64,000 bases of DNA from Tubiluchus corallicola (GCA_030141605.1 JAQGDQ010000042.1:1-64000), one strand, 5' to 3'; positions 39,299 through 54,461 are shown, counted from the stretch's first letter. The notes: a model not told the origin generated them from the sequence alone. Numbers and translations: made by a program.

Positions 39299-40125
39299 GT
39301 GAGAGCTGAGCTAATCACTGCTTGTCTTTTCTTTCTACTTGAGATGTTAATACCGACTGTGTTATATAAGCAGAGCACGTTTTGTATGTGTAGAGAATGT
39401 GCGCAGATTCACAAAACGTGAAAAACTAGAAAAGAAATTTAAAAAGTCAGTTATATAACAAACTTGTTTTGGAGTAAGCAAGCACACTCGAACAGCTTAT
39501 TTATTCAAGGAAGAAATTTTTTTCCCAAGACGTTAGCAGCAATAACTTTTATCGAATTCTAAGGCAAAAACTTGTTCACAGTGCAATAATTTGCGGTGAT
39601 GTTGGCTTACAAGTAGTTTATATTTTTGAAGGGAATAAATGCTTATAAAGTGAAACACGTTCGATTTTGATAATCAATTTAATTAATGATAATGTTTCTC
39701 ATCCCACTTCCGACACCATTGTCGGAAATTGGCGGATACTGGGACTCGGTGTCGAGACATCAAGAAAACTCAATTTTGCTATTTGTTTGTTTGCATATTT
39801 TTATGTAGGTGTATGTATATTTTTCCGTTTGTTTTGTTTTGTTTGTTTATGTATTCGCTCATTATTTACTAAAATGTGACAAACAGTGCTTGTGAAATAA
39901 AGGTGGAAAAATAGTTTTGGCGGCAGCGTAAATAAGACTGGTTTCTTCTTGGACCACATTCATGTTGCTTTCCGTTAGTGATATCCTCACAATCTGTATT
40001 ACAGATGTGTTCCTTTAGCTTGCTCCATTTAATGTTTTTAAAATAACTGATTAGAATATTGTTTAGTTTAGCTAATTAAAGTCCACTAAAGCCAGACAGA
40101 GCAGTAAAGCAGTAAACATTTTGAT

Positions 40126-40292
40126 CCTGGTTGGATAGCCGAGTGGTCTAGTTTTCGGACTGCAACTACACAGGCCTAGGTTCGAGACCAGCGACCGCCA
40201 ACGTTATTTGTGTGTTGCTCCCTTAAATCTTTTGTTGTAAATCGTTTTAACAGCCATTAGTGCTAATTTTGTGACGGTAAATAAATGTTGTC
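40126..40292 (+). mobile_element. tRNA-derived SINE-like element or tRNA pseudogene
   Basis: A box TAGCCGAGTGG and B box GGTTCGAGACC at tRNA spacing (40129-40200); poor cloverleaf stems; ttttgat on both flanks. Confidence 0.5.
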
Positions 40293-40493
40293 TTTTGATT
40301 CATTACGTAATATAATATGAAACAAACTCCAGCATGCTGTACCAATGACTGTTTCATTAGTTCTTCACAGAGAATTCGCTTTCTTAATTTCTCTCTTTCA
40401 TATGGTAGGCTAACTCGTGTAATGAATGATGCTAATGCTTAGTAGTTTAAATGTCGATACCATCAGACTGCATGTATTAGGCCTGCTTATTAA

Positions 40494-40931
40494 CCCTTTC
40501 ATACCCGTTGTATCCCGTGGGATACAAGAATATTTTCTGCCTTTAAAATTAGTAAAATTTTAAAACTGACAGCTTTTTATCTGTTAATAGTTATTTTGAT
40601 TTAAGCCAATAACAATAGACTAAAATGGTGATAAAATGGCAAACTAGAAAATCTACATAGCTTAAAAAACTGCTCAAGGTACAGTACTTTAGAGATGACT
40701 TTGTACAGATCAGCATAGCGTGCGTAATAAATGTCTTAAATATTTTAAAAAATTATCAGCAGTCACAAAATGGAGCACATTTTTTAGCTTTTGTTGTGTT
40801 TTTAAAAAAGTCGGACTTTGTTTTTTCGCATATGAAAAAGAATGTTGTGTATCCCACAGGATACATTGGGAACAAAAGTACCAAGCCAAAAATTTTTTTA
40901 TTATAAAAAAAATAATTTGGGACTGAAAGGG
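40494..40931. mobile_element. piggyBac-like MITE
   Basis: TTAA-CCCTTTCA...TGAAAGGG-TTAA; subterminal palindromes tgtatcccgtgggataca and tgtatcccacaggataca. Confidence 0.8.
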
Positions 40932-41208
40932 TTAAAAGTATTTCGTGAGATCTCTCTGCTCGTCAGGTTTCCCAAAATAATCTCAGTATCAATAAATTTG
41001 TACTTACATGCGCTAAGAATTTAGATACATGAATAATCAACTAAAAACAAATGTGTACTCTATGATACTTTCTTCTTCTGCTGCTGCCGCTTTGGAATAC
41101 GAAGAACAAAAATGGGTTGAAGCATTCGTGAAATTTTGCATCAATCAACATTCGCTTTGGCTTATACCGTTAAAAATAATTGGCATTTTTTGTTTTGCTT
41201 TAATTTAG

Positions 41209-41332
41209 ATTTGTTGTGATAGTATACCCCATGCATTCCAGAACCACGTGTACTATGAGGAATGCTGTAAAAAGTTTAATGTGCACTTGGATTCTTGCCA
41301 TGTTGCTCAGCACCCCTATGATAACATTGAAC
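41209..41332 (+). CDS. GPCR exon 3 (ERF motif, ICL2, TM4)
   Basis: tttag|(R)FVVIVYPMHSRTTCTMRNAVKSLMCTWILAMLLSTPMITLN|gtaagt; phase 2 to 0. Confidence 0.92.
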
Positions 41333-41752
41333 GTAAGTCAATAAATTTTTTAGCAGAATTCGGCACATTTGCAAACTGACATGGCAGGGCTACATAATGT
41401 GGATGTTTGTGGCGGGTTATCAGGTTAATAATCTGAGTTGAGACAGTGAACTCGACAGGGGTGTCTATAAGCAAGTTTGAAACTGAATAAAATTCAACGA
41501 AATAAAGAAGCAGAATCAGTATCGCGGATGAAACATCCAATGCAAGTATTGAACCAGCGTAACTTAAAAGTGTTTCATTCATATCTATGAAAGAAAATAC
41601 TAAAATAAATAACTAAATAAACAGTGTTCTAGTTCAATTTGCTCACATATAAATATTGATATAAAATTATACTGAAAAAATTAAAAATTTAAACTCCTTT
41701 ATGTTAAAAGCATACTGAGCTGAATATTACATTTTTAATATTTTTATTGCAG

Positions 41753-42006
41753 GGATTAACAGGGGTATACATCTTTTATAACAACGTCACAAGTGTATCG
41801 CTTTATCAGTGTAGTGCTGTGACGTTACCACCATGGCAAGAACAAGCTTTTGCATATTACTACTTATTTGTTATGTTCCTCATTCCAACTGTAGTGATGA
41901 CTGGTTGCTACATTGTCGTCATTGAAAAACTGTGGACCAGTACAAGGAGCGCAAGTGCTATGGCATGTGGTCGACACAACTTGCAAGCAACGAATGACAC
42001 AAACAG
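41753..42006 (+). CDS. GPCR exon 4 (ECL2, TM5, start of ICL3)
   Basis: ttgcag|GLTG...YQC...YYLFVMFLIPTVVMTGCYIVVIEKLW...TN AG|gtttgc; phase 0 to 2. Confidence 0.9.
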
Positions 42007-42012
42007 GTTTGC

Positions 42013-42701
<689 letters not shown>

Positions 42702-43067
42702 CAGTTATATGGCAATTACAATGCAATCTGAAGCTCAGGCTAAAATCGCGGTTTATTAGGAACTAAGTAAAAAGGATTTGGCTTTCCAGATGTTGGACAT
42801 TTCTAAAATTTTTCGTGTCGCGTGGAATATCGTTCTATTCAGTGGAACCGTTATATTTAATAAAATGCTTCAAAACATTTGTTTTGCACTTGGGAGCATG
42901 GGAGTCGTTTGCCTGTCTAGTTTTAGACATATTAAAGATGATAGTAGAAAAAAATTGTTAAAAGTATTTTGATAATAAATTGTTCGAAAATCTGTGCATT
43001 CTTAGGCATTTTCAAGATTAAAAAACATTGATTTTAAATTTACGCAATTTTGAATAGAGCATTAGAA

Positions 43068-43426
43068 TGTGCTCTATAATGAGAGTGGGCAATGAGTTTA
43101 ATGAGTCTTTTTTGGATTTTTACTAGTCTATCTAAGCTGTCATTGTAAGTGTCACCCAAAACGTGTGTTACAATATTCAAAGTACGAAAACGCCATTGAA
43201 TGCTATAACTGCAGTAGACACTTCTTTTCTTTTCTTTTCTTTTCTTTTCTTTTCTTTTCTTTTCTTTTCTTTTCTTTTCTTTTCTTTTCTTTTCTTTTCT
43301 TTTCTTTTCTTTTCTTTTCTTTCCTTTTCTTTCTTTTCTTTTCTGAACAATAATAGCCTAGACAGACTTGTCAGAATACAAAAAGACTCGTTAGATTCGT
43401 TGCCCACACTCATTACAGAATGCACT
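43068..43426. mobile_element. MITE-like element with ~75-bp imperfect inverted arms enclosing a (CTTTT)n tract
   Basis: taatgagagtgggcaatgagtttaatgagtctttttt... is the approximate reverse complement of ...aaaaagactcgttagattcgttgcccacactcatta. Confidence 0.6.
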
Positions 43427-43548
43427 GCAAGGTCTTTAAAATTTTATTTTTTTCGAAAAAGTTCAACAATTTTACTCACATTAGCCAAAAAATTTGGCGG
43501 AAATAACTTTTCCAGCGAGTATTTTCGTAAAATACACTCATTTTTCAG

Positions 43549-43768
43549 CCCAAAAAGAATTCCGGCAGTTGACTCAACGACGGCGCTGCAGTCGGCCGTT
43601 CCGTTGATGGTCGATGACAGTCCTTCTCGTCATTCCCATTCTGTGATGGAGGTGGTCCCCGTCTCGGAAAGTGGACAGTCAACGCCTGTGAAGACGGCGA
43701 GAAGCACGTCTAATTTCAACCCCAACCTTCCAGGGAGCGACGAAGCCATCCTCAAAGCCAGAAAACAG
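43549..43768 (+). CDS. GPCR exon 5 (Ser/Thr/Pro-rich ICL3)
   Basis: tttttcag|(S)PKRIPAVDS...DEAILKARKQ|gtgacg; phase 2 to 0, matching exons 4 and 6. Confidence 0.85.
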
Positions 43769-44261
43769 GTGACGAATTATTTTGAAGTAGCATTAACCTG
43801 TCTAATAGCCAAATGTATTTAGAATACGACATCCCTTACTTTGATGTTACAGCTAGACGTTCAGCTTTCTCTCTATTTGTTACGTTACGCTACAAAGTTC
43901 ACAAAACTTCTATGTTCCATGCATTTTGAATTCAGACATCTATTTTCAGTCTGAAATATTTAGACGCATTCGAAAGACTACAAATTTGACATTCGTTTAG
44001 GCGTTTAGCTATAGGCAACAGAAACTAGATATTAAGATAAAATGACAGACGTCCACTGAATCAATTGTTTTATATCTGTAATTTGTACTATTTTTACTAT
44101 TTCTTAACAATTGTAGTTTTAGGTGTTTTTTTAATTATAATTGTAAATGTACTTGTAGTTGCAATGGACAGTTGGTTCACTTATCTGTTTGTTTGTCCAC
44201 GAAGAAAAGTCTAGAAGTTAGTCAGCTTTAATATTGCTAAATCTACTGATGACACGTGTAA

Positions 44262-44486
44262 AGTGCGCTTATGTTTCATGCGGATGCGGATGCGGTTTCC
44301 AATCCTGAACAAACTGCGGAATATCCTGCGGAAAAAATCAACAGGAAATAGCTGCAGAAAAAGAATAACGCATACGCAGGCTACGTAAACGGGTGCACTG
44401 AAAACAAAATAAACCGATTTGATCTATTACGCCGCCCTCCCCCCCCCCCAAACGCATCCGTATCAATATGCTACATAAACACCACT
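44262..44486 (-). mobile_element. PIF/Harbinger-like MITE, copy B
   Basis: TAA-AGTGCG...CCACT-TAA; homologous to 8551-8746 in opposite orientation. Confidence 0.6.
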
Positions 44487-44822
44487 TAAGAGTTCAAAGT
44501 AGCCATTGCAAATTTAGGAGTTTCCAGTTCTTAATTAAAGCCACTTTTACACATGAATTTGGAAGGGAAAGATAAAAAATCTGAACTCTCAGAGATTAAG
44601 GGCATTGTAAGGTTGGTAATAGGTGATGCTAATTATTTTAGATTTAAATCAATAAATAAAGTACTTTACAAAATAAATAAGTGATGCAGATTATAAAACT
44701 ATATACACAAGATAAAAACTGTACAAGAAAAGCACAGGCTTGTTCATTAGCGGTTAGTAATGAGTTCCAATATTGACTTGTGTCGAATATCTGAATCAGT
44801 TATGCTAGATAAAATCATATTA

Positions 44823-45271
44823 CAGCATTCCCTCACTTATCTGTTCCAGGCCCACCCACGATAAGTGAATTTCCGCGAAGTAAGGACGCTATACTTATTT
44901 AATACTTACACGTTTGGGTGGCATCGTAGGGCTTGAATAAATTCAGTCTCTAACGAAAATTTCACAAATAGCGTACAAGAAAACAAATTGCACGGTATCT
45001 GAGCCAATCAGCAATTGGGATACAGAGCAGCATTCTCTGGTTGGTCGGTCTCCACCAATCAACCAATCGTGTGTTGTGTACAATCTCACGTCGGCAAGTA
45101 ACATCTCAAGCGGGCGAAAGCACTACATTTCGTTTTTGGTGTGCATTCATTCGCCGAATAAATACACTATTTACTGTAAATGGTATTTTTTTATTATTTA
45201 TAATGTTCTTTGAAAACCCACGAAATAGCGAGTCCGCGATAAACGAACCGCGAAGTAGCGAGGGAACACTG
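44823..45271. mobile_element. Tc1/mariner (pogo/Tigger-like) MITE
   Basis: TA-CAGCATTCCCTCAC...GCGAGGGAACACTG-TA. Confidence 0.7.
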
Positions 45272-45499
45272 TACTGCTATTTAAAATTCCATTTCTTAGG
45301 CCAAATATACATGGAATTCCCCACGTAAATATCCTGAGTCTAACCCTAACCCTAATCCTTATCCTAATCCGTTTCACGAACTAATTTCTTGTGTGTGGGG
45401 GAAATTGTAAACTTTTGCTGCCGAAACACATTTACGCAGTTAGACCTTAAAGTGATCAAACTGCACAAATTACAGACAAATGCATACCGTATTCATAAT

Positions 45500-45720
45500 T
45501 AAAAATTATACGTGTATGAAGCGCAAAGTTTTGCTAGACTGCCAACGTTTATACAATAGCCAGAGATTACTGCAATAGAAAGTAGAATAGTAAGATTTGA
45601 ACAAAAATGTCTTAACATTACGTGCGCAATAATAAAATTTTATGCACAGCATATTTGCTCTCACATGAAACAAACATAACTGATAAAGCAATACCTTTAT
45701 CATCAGTGTGGTCACATGAT
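45500..45720 (-). mobile_element. RTE-X-like LINE C-terminal remnant
   Basis: RANMLCIKFYYCARNVKTFLFKSYYSTFYCSNLW, similar to the remnant near 23650. Confidence 0.5.
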
Positions 45721-45822
45721 AATTTATGTCGTAAGTATTTCTCTACCCTACACACGGGTAGCTTACATAATATCATTAAGTGCAATAAAGCTGTTCAACT
45801 TTTATTTTATGGTTTTCTGCAG

Positions 45823-46386
45823 GTAATCAAGATGCTTATAGCTGTCGTCATCATCTTTGTCATTTGTTGGGGACCAAAACTAGTACTCGACGTCATACGC
45901 AAATCACAGACTGATGGCAAATCGTTCAGTCAAGTGGACTGGAGCATGCAGATATTGAAAGAATATCTTCCCGTTGTACATTCTTGTTTTAATCCATTTA
46001 TATACGCGTTTATGTCGCGCAACTTTCGCCACAGCATGGCGAGGGCCTTCACGCGATGCTGTCGACGGCGTACGGTCATTCGTCAAAGCACCAAGAGCAG
46101 AGACACAGGGTCTTTGAAATCGTCTCACACGTCTTCGAGCAAGGGTTCAACAGTCACTTCTAAAACTTCCTCGCATACTAGTGATCCTTGTCCTACTAGA
46201 AGACGCGCACACAGTGATGGAGTAAAGAATGCCAGAGACTGTATTGTGTGCCCTAGAAGTTCCTTACCATTAACCTACGCAGGTCAGTCAGCTGGTGGTT
46301 TGCTCAATGGGAACAGGTACAATGTTTCACGGATAGTGAAAGCTGATTCGCTTAGTTACGATAGCGATAAAATTACTAACCTGTAA
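45823..46386 (+). CDS. GPCR exon 6 (TM6, TM7, C-tail, stop); spliced CDS 1569 nt, 522 aa, neuropeptide-receptor type with subfamily unassigned
   Basis: ctgcag|VIKMLIAVVIIFVICWGP...HSCFNPFIYAFMSRNFR...TAA; CWxP and NPxxY motifs; CC after helix 8. Confidence 0.93.
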   Translation, partial: VIKMLIAVVIIFVICWGPKLVLDVIRKSQTDGKSFSQVDWSMQILKEYLPVVHSCFNPFIYAFMSRNFRHSMARAFTRCCRRRTVIRQSTKSRDTGSLKSSHTSSSKGSTVTSKTSSHTSDPCPTRRRAHSDGVKNARDCIVCPRSSLPLTYAGQSAGGLLNGNRYNVSRIVKADSLSYDSDKITNL

Positions 46387-46680
46387 TACTTTACAAAGTT
46401 GTCACTCTTATGCCCTTCTCGGTATAATGTACAGTATTTATATTTTTGGAATGCGACAACTATGTTTGAAAGATCAACTGTTAGGCAGCAGTGTGTGCCC
46501 AACTTACGTTGTCATACAGACTAATTTATTTCGACAGGGTTTAGAATTTCATGTGCATTTTGGACTGGTTATTGGAATTTTTTCTAGAAACTTGTTTTAT
46601 TGTAAAAAGGCATTTTGTATGAAGAAAATTTCTTTGAATACATCAGTAAATTATGAAAAACTATTATTTGTAATTGTGTA

Positions 46681-46717
46681 AATAAAACTATAAAAGAAAC
46701 TCCTTTATTAAAATAAA
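46681..46717 (+). promoter_or_regulatory. Candidate polyadenylation signals of the GPCR
   Basis: AATAAA at 46681 and 46712, ~300 nt after the stop. Confidence 0.45.
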
Positions 46718-47310
46718 ACATTGCCATTTTTATGCCTTTATAAGATTATTTCATAAATTTATCTTCCTTAGCCCTCATCACATGAAGTTCTAATTTAGTT
46801 CTTGAATTATAATTGCGTATTTTTCACGTAAGAAACAAATTTTACTTAAGTCTATCTCAGACACTCTGTGAAGAATCTACGGTTTCTCAAAATGCCACTC
46901 AAAACGGAGAATCGATTAAAAGACTTTCAGACTTGGTAAATAGAAGGCTGTTTGTTGAGTTATATTTTCTCTCATTGTGGTGATATTTATTCATCTATTA
47001 GGTGTTTTTACAACGGTAATTCTCTGTCAGCTACTCATTACACATAGGATCGCTTTCCAAATCCTCTAATAAGATCACATCGGATTTGACAGTGCTAAAA
47101 CCCATTATCGAATCGCTACAAAAACACAGTCTAACGCAGATATGAAAACAAAGAAGCCATGATAAATTAGACTTGTGATGCCAAGGTTTTTCGAGTTTAT
47201 TATTCGTTGCTGATGCAAGCAGTTTTCTGACTAAATACAGTCCACTATTTGGATTTTTGGTAGAAGGATCGACACACATCGGTGTTCATCCGGATCTTGT
47301 TGCTGTAATT

Positions 47311-47585
<275 letters not shown>

Positions 47586-49063
47586 TTGATAGCTGGTCAA
47601 ATGTTCCATGAATTAGCAATATATTGTCGTGAAACTTTACAAGAATATACTAGAACGAACGTATTCTGCATCGACTGGAGGAGTAGGATTTTTGATTTGT
47701 CATTTTGAACTCAAGTTAGCAGCGATAAAATCATTTTCGAGAAAAGCTCAAAGCTCTGCTAATCCGCAAAGGAACGTCGCCAAACTCTTTACGAGATATA
47801 TAATAGAATGTATTACACAGCAAGTGACTAAGTCGGATTTTTGACTTACCATCTTTAATTCAGTGAGGCACTCGACCAAATAGTTCCAGTCGAACTGGTT
47901 TAAAAAATTGCAGAAAAACACAGTTTTCACTTTATAATAGCAACGTTGAACATTATCGTCAAGCAGAGCCTATAAATGAACTGCACAAACTAGATTGCCA
48001 TAGCATTTAAGATCTGAACAAATGAATGTGCACTCGTTCCGCGTAATTCCGTTTATTCAACCGGACAGACATAATTTACAAGCAGATTTTGTAGCAGTCC
48101 TAATATAGGCAGATTCTTACAGGAAAACCTGTTGAAATGCTTGGTAAACAAAATCAATAGCTGTCTTCTCCAAACTTCCATTACAACTAACAAGGAGATT
48201 TATTTTATTATCTGAGCACAGTCGGGTAGGCGGTTACACGCCGAGGATCTTTATTTTGCATAATGGAATTCTGCTGTTTACTATGAATGCAATGTTTGTG
48301 TAATGATACCACTCTATACAGTAGATACTGAAGCCTTTGCGCAAACTTCTCCTTCTCTTGGTCCTCCTTTCCATCTCTTGCTTCCTCTTCTCTTCCCCCT
48401 GTGCCCCTCTCTCATTTCTCAACTATATTTGTTTGTAAAATACGAAGACCACGTACGGTGCTTCTTTTTACAATAGCACCCGCTTCGTGTTGTAGCGGAT
48501 ACGCCTCCAAGTCAAAATTGCCGTGCTTCGATATAAAGCAAACTATACCGTCCTGTTGAATTTGAACTCATCTCACGTTTACTGATGTCAGTGATTGCAG
48601 AGCTGAACAAAACTGACAAAAACTGCCAACATTGAAGATGATGCTTCAAAAAAATCGTTCGAAATATTGTACCTTGTTGCATTTACACTCGAAAAACGTC
48701 GCAATAAGCTCATCTATATAGCAACACTTTGGCATAAGAGGTTACAGAAGGTCGGTATTTTGTTTGTGTTACGCAGCCAGCAGTGTTATGAAGATCATAA
48801 TAAAGAGAACAAAACCTAACCACAATAACAAACAACATCGTCTTAAAGTGAAATTATGCTAATAATTTACCTATCCACTTTTTCGTTTTACAGTGTCAAT
48901 TCATGCAATAAAAAAATGAAAGATTGTTTTTGTCCACTTTGTGCCGCTGGTGATTGATATTCATTGTAAGTTAATTACTTCTTTTTAATGTGTAGTTATC
49001 GTCCAAACGTATATACGCCAAATCCGCCAATAGGTCGTGTTGATCGTAACAACTGTGACCATG

Positions 49064-49175
49064 CCTGTCTGTCTGTCTGTCTGTCAGTCTGTCTGTCTGT
49101 CTGTCTATCAACACGGATGGACGGATGGATAGACAGACAGACTGAAAGACAAACAGACAGAGAGACAGATAGATA
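49064..49175. repeat. Inverted (GTCT)n...(AGAC)n microsatellite pair
   Basis: Direct reading. Confidence 0.8.
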
Positions 49176-51228
49176 TGCTGTGGGACCTATAAGGATTGAA
49201 CAACCGTTATTATCACTGGGGTGCAATTATATCCAGGCTGTCCCGACTTTTTTGTATTATTTTCTTTCGAGCAAGTTTGTTTCAAAATTCAACAAGGGTT
49301 GGCTTGTTCCATCGCTATTAGCTTACGAACGAATTCAGTACGTAACGTGTTTTGTCTAAGTTATGTCAAGGTCAAAGCAAAGTAATGTTGAACTGGCTCT
49401 ACCATCCAACATGCAAACATGCCGTAATACTTGATACAAGCATGCTAGTTTTTTAATACATATTCTCGCCCGTTAAACGTATGTACTGTGTTTATAATCA
49501 ACTTTACATAGAATCATAAATGTGTCACCAACTCTACGTTGCACAACGTGCCGTGGTTTGCACTCTGCTACTGCCTGAGCTAATTTGAATTGATTGATAT
49601 TCTACTAGCTCAAGTCAAGCACAGTCGATGACCTGTGAATAAGTGACCCGCAATTTTACAACTCTACTGTGATTGCATTGTTAATTAGTACATGGACGAA
49701 TGCTGATACGGCTCTACTCTTCAATGAAATCACAACAACAGAACTCGAACAAGCGATGTTTATACAGCAAATTGATAGATGATTTATTGAGAAATGATAG
49801 ACGATACGGGAACAGAAATAAGAATACTAGCTCTTTGCAAGATGAAAAATGGCCTTTCTTTCATTACTGAGTAAATGTTCCTATTCTTCTGTGACATGAA
49901 ACTTTACATTTCGCGTTGACATTATTGAGTGAATAGCAAAGTGGTCGAATGACAGTAAAGCTAAATAAAAATGTCAAATAAAAATTAAACTTTATTAAGT
50001 AAAAGAGTTCATTTTACGTTTTTATTCTAGCAGCGTGTTCACACTTCACAGTACTTCTCATGTATACTGCGCCGACGTTGATTATTTCTAATGCGCCACT
50101 ACTTTGCCCCCCCCCCGCTGTTAATCTCATCTATAATGGACTGGGTTGTGATAATATTATTATTCTTGAATCTCTGAATGTATTTACAGGCCCCACATTT
50201 GCGCAATTTTATGCTTAGGGAGACCTGTTTTCTTTCGTCAGTAACTACTTGTAGTCCTCCAAATTCTGAGCACGCCTGTAAGGGCCCTTAGAGCCTTTAG
50301 TGAGCTAACAGAGAGGACTTGCTAATTCACTGCTTTTAATCTCATTACTACCAACAACGTGCTAATCAACAAGAGATGATTTAGTCACGGGTGAAGGTTA
50401 GGTAACGTGGGTCCTTAAAGACAATGTCCTTTTTGCGTCATGTATTTCTACGACCTTTACAGTCCACGTTTACATTGACCGATCACTTCGGCTAAAGGGC
50501 GATGGTCAACGCATTAAAAGTACTAAAACAAGTCTGTAATGGTCAGCAGTGGACTTGGCGGTTTTCCTTGTCAACTGAATTTTAAAGTTTCAAAAGAAGA
50601 GAGTCTAAAATTTCCGTATACGTAAAGTAAAGTGTTAGCTTTTGTAAGTCATCGTTATTAAAGATTGCTGCACTCACCTGAGATTACGAATATAGCTCAT
50701 TCAACCATGCAATTATTATTTTCGTTATCTGGCTAGCAGCTGTGAAGCCTGAAGGAGTCATGGGATTCACTGGAAGATCTTTGAATAGTGCTTGTGAGAA
50801 ATGGCTCGAGTAGATTAACCTGGAAGGAAATCTGATGCAAACGCTTGATCGTAAAGGTTTAAGAACCTCTAGGGATTTTCAACGCTTTGCTGACCTTTTA
50901 TTACAAATTACGCACATAATTCTTGTGCTCCTGAAAAGGCTCCTTTACCAAGAAGAGAAGGAAATTACGCAGAATACACTAGCCAACAGCAATATTTTAA
51001 TTGTATCTTCAACTAGACAAGTCAGACCTGATAAATATTGGCAATTAATTATATAGTGCAATAAGTTACAAATTAATGTGCTGTTCAATCAATAGTATGA
51101 TTTGTTTTTCTGCGTCTATTTTTAGTATCTTGTTTTTATATCAAGGTTGCAATGTTTATTACAACACTCGATCAAGATGCAAAGGAGTCGAATAACGTAG
51201 CTTGTTATCGAGTTAAAATAAATGTTTT

Positions 51229-51415
<187 letters not shown>

Positions 51416-52514
51416 TTGTCGTTTGTTTTGTTTGTTTTGTGTGTATGTATATTTATGTTATGCGGAATTCTCTTGTATTACTTACTCACTTACAAAAAAC
51501 AATCCTCAATAGGAAGATAGTCTATGACATTGACTATGATAGTCTACACCTAAGCCCTAACTCCGCCTGACGTCAGTATGAAGGCAGACCACACCTAGGC
51601 TCAGCCTTTGTATAATCTTGACCTGTGTATCTGTTCTTTTAGCTTGTATATCTTGGGATGAACAAGTGATTAATCTCATCAGGTCTCTCAACAAATGGTC
51701 GCAGAGCATGTTTAGCACAGAGTACAACAAAGTTAAGAAAACAGAGGCTAGAGAGTAAATGAACGGGTAGCCAACCGGTTCATCACTCGCTCTGGATAGT
51801 CTCATTTAACAAATTAATTCTGGCTGCTTATCTTGTTGAGGGAGAATGAATAACATGAGATTTGAACGTAACTAAGCCTTCATTCAGAGTGTGATGTTAG
51901 AAGATTAGACTTCGTAATGATAATAATCCACAGTAAGTAAGCTTTAGCACACGGAGAGCTGGATTCCTCTGTGTGCCACTCTGTAATAAATGACATTAGT
52001 ATCAGCCATTCTAAAGCTTTGCTCTAATTTTGACTTCTGATTTATAGAGAGGAATTAGAATATGAAAGAGCTCTCCCGAGACTTGCAATTTTAATATAAG
52101 AAAACGTTGAATACCCTTGCTTAAAAATAATTATACAGTCTAAAAATAAGTGAGACTGTATTTTTAAGTTTCTGTAAGATAAGGTAAAATATTTTTTCAG
52201 GCTACAAGTATTAGGGTATTCAATGTTTGTTATAGAGAGGAGCTTACGATAAACAGTTGCAACAGATGTGGCCTCTATTTACTTATTGTATTTTGCATGG
52301 GTAGGCAATTAGAGATTGAAATTTGTGCATTATGTGGAAACGTATTCGTGTTTTTTAAATGGATAAAAATAACCCACTAACCTGAGAACCGTGACATCGT
52401 TTACAAATTGTTTTTATTACTACATGTGCTTATTTATTTTTTGTCTGTTGTTGTATTAAACATTTTATACAATGTTCACACTGATGTACATATCGAGTCA
52501 ATCGAAAGTAAAGG

Positions 52515-52849
<335 letters not shown>

Positions 52850-53610
52850 CTTTGGACAAAAACGTTAGAAACTTTGTAGCTTTCACAACGTGAAGGCGGT
52901 GATATGTCAATGGCAAAGACAATACTGTCAATACAGTACTTTACAAAGTGTTGCATTAGCTGCTTGGAAAAGATGCAATAAAATACAACAAAAATAGAGA
53001 GCGAGTCCTTTACAAATTCAGAAACTGAGACTCACTTTTCGTTTTAACACGTAATAAAAAAAGTCTGCCGAAAAGTTTCATAATGCATGTTTAATAAAAG
53101 ATAAGATTTTCCATTAACCGTTCGGCATCTTCTAGCATCAGTGCTTAATCATTTCATTGAATCTTCTTGGTATTTGAAAGATAATACTGAAGTAATCTAT
53201 TGAATGCAGTGTATTGGGTTTGAAGCATCAGATTGTACGATTTTTCATAAAGAGAAAATTATCTAGACGTTGAACGATCTGAAAAACTGCCGATGTTCTT
53301 TTCTTGGATTTAGCTAGAAGAACCATTTTTATTTCTGCCATTGCTTATTTAGAATACTGCAGATTGTGTAATGGAAGCGCGAGAAACTTCCCATAGGTTA
53401 AACACGTTTATTGTGCCACCCATGTCGTCTGCCATTCAAGTTGAGCGGCGAAATGAAAATAGTTCTTAAAACTACATGATTCAGTTTAGGCTTACTAAAC
53501 GAATGTTCTCTGTACTATCGTACTATTCCCTGTAAAGACCAGCAGTAGCCAGTCTTAGGTTTGTAGAGAATCTGATCACATGTTTCTCTTAGCTCCACTT
53601 ATTGCTTTAA

Positions 53611-53688
<78 letters not shown>

Positions 53689-53810
53689 GAGGAGGAGGAG
53701 GAGGAGGAGGAGGAGGAGGAGCAGCAGCAGCAGCAGCAGCAGTAGTAGGTGGTGGTGGTGATGGTGGTGGTGGTGGTGGTGGTCGTCGTCGTCGTCGTCG
53801 TCGTGGTCGT
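53611..53810. repeat. Compound microsatellite (TAG)n(GAG)n(CAG)n(GGT)n(CGT)n
   Basis: Direct reading. Confidence 0.95.
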
Positions 53811-54381
53811 GGGATTACAGAGACAACAAAACAAGTTGTTTCAAAACAAAATACTGTTAAATACAAAACAATGTGTCCAGTGTAACAGTGTAAGACAAAT
53901 ACGTTCCACGATGTATGAACATGCCAGTAGGACGTAACTGGACGTTCGGTTACGAACTGCAATTATAACAAGAACAACTCTGTACTTCTGCCTGTCATGT
54001 TGAGATAAGAACAAATTCATGAATACGGCATTTGTTGAAAAACTTTGTCATGATGATGATAGGCTTTTGGGGGATAAAAACGTGGGTCTCTATTGACATT
54101 ATCGTTAATACTGGGCAAAACCTCAGTAGTAATGCCTAAATCTTCCGCTGTCATGATTATTGAGATAAAACGTTAAATATTTTGTTCAAATTCCATTAAA
54201 ATATTTTTTGTTTGATCGCAGGCTGATCTGTTTTATCGCACTTAACTTGCCGAGTTTTAATTCAAAAGTCAGAAAGGATCGTCATTTGCATGTTAACAGT
54301 CAGCATTCGGTTCACTGGCAAGAGAAAGAAAGATGATTTAAATATCATGAATCTGTCAGATATAAGAAGTTATCCTTCATC

Positions 54382-54461
54382 AAAATAAGCTATACGCGCT
54401 ATTGATATATTTATGTACCATAAAATAAGCTATAAGGGTTATTGATATATTTATGTACCAT
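54382..54461. repeat. 40-bp tandem duplication
   Basis: aaaataagctata......tattgatatatttatgtaccat twice. Confidence 0.8.

Noticed and set aside
40129-40200. Functional tRNA-Cys gene
   Set aside because: A and B boxes are present but the acceptor and anticodon stems pair poorly; more likely a SINE head or pseudogene
45823-46386. Opsin assignment because of a Lys near TM7 (ILKEY)
   Set aside because: The retinal-binding position 7.43 is Val; the Lys is at 7.38, and the other motifs fit peptide receptors
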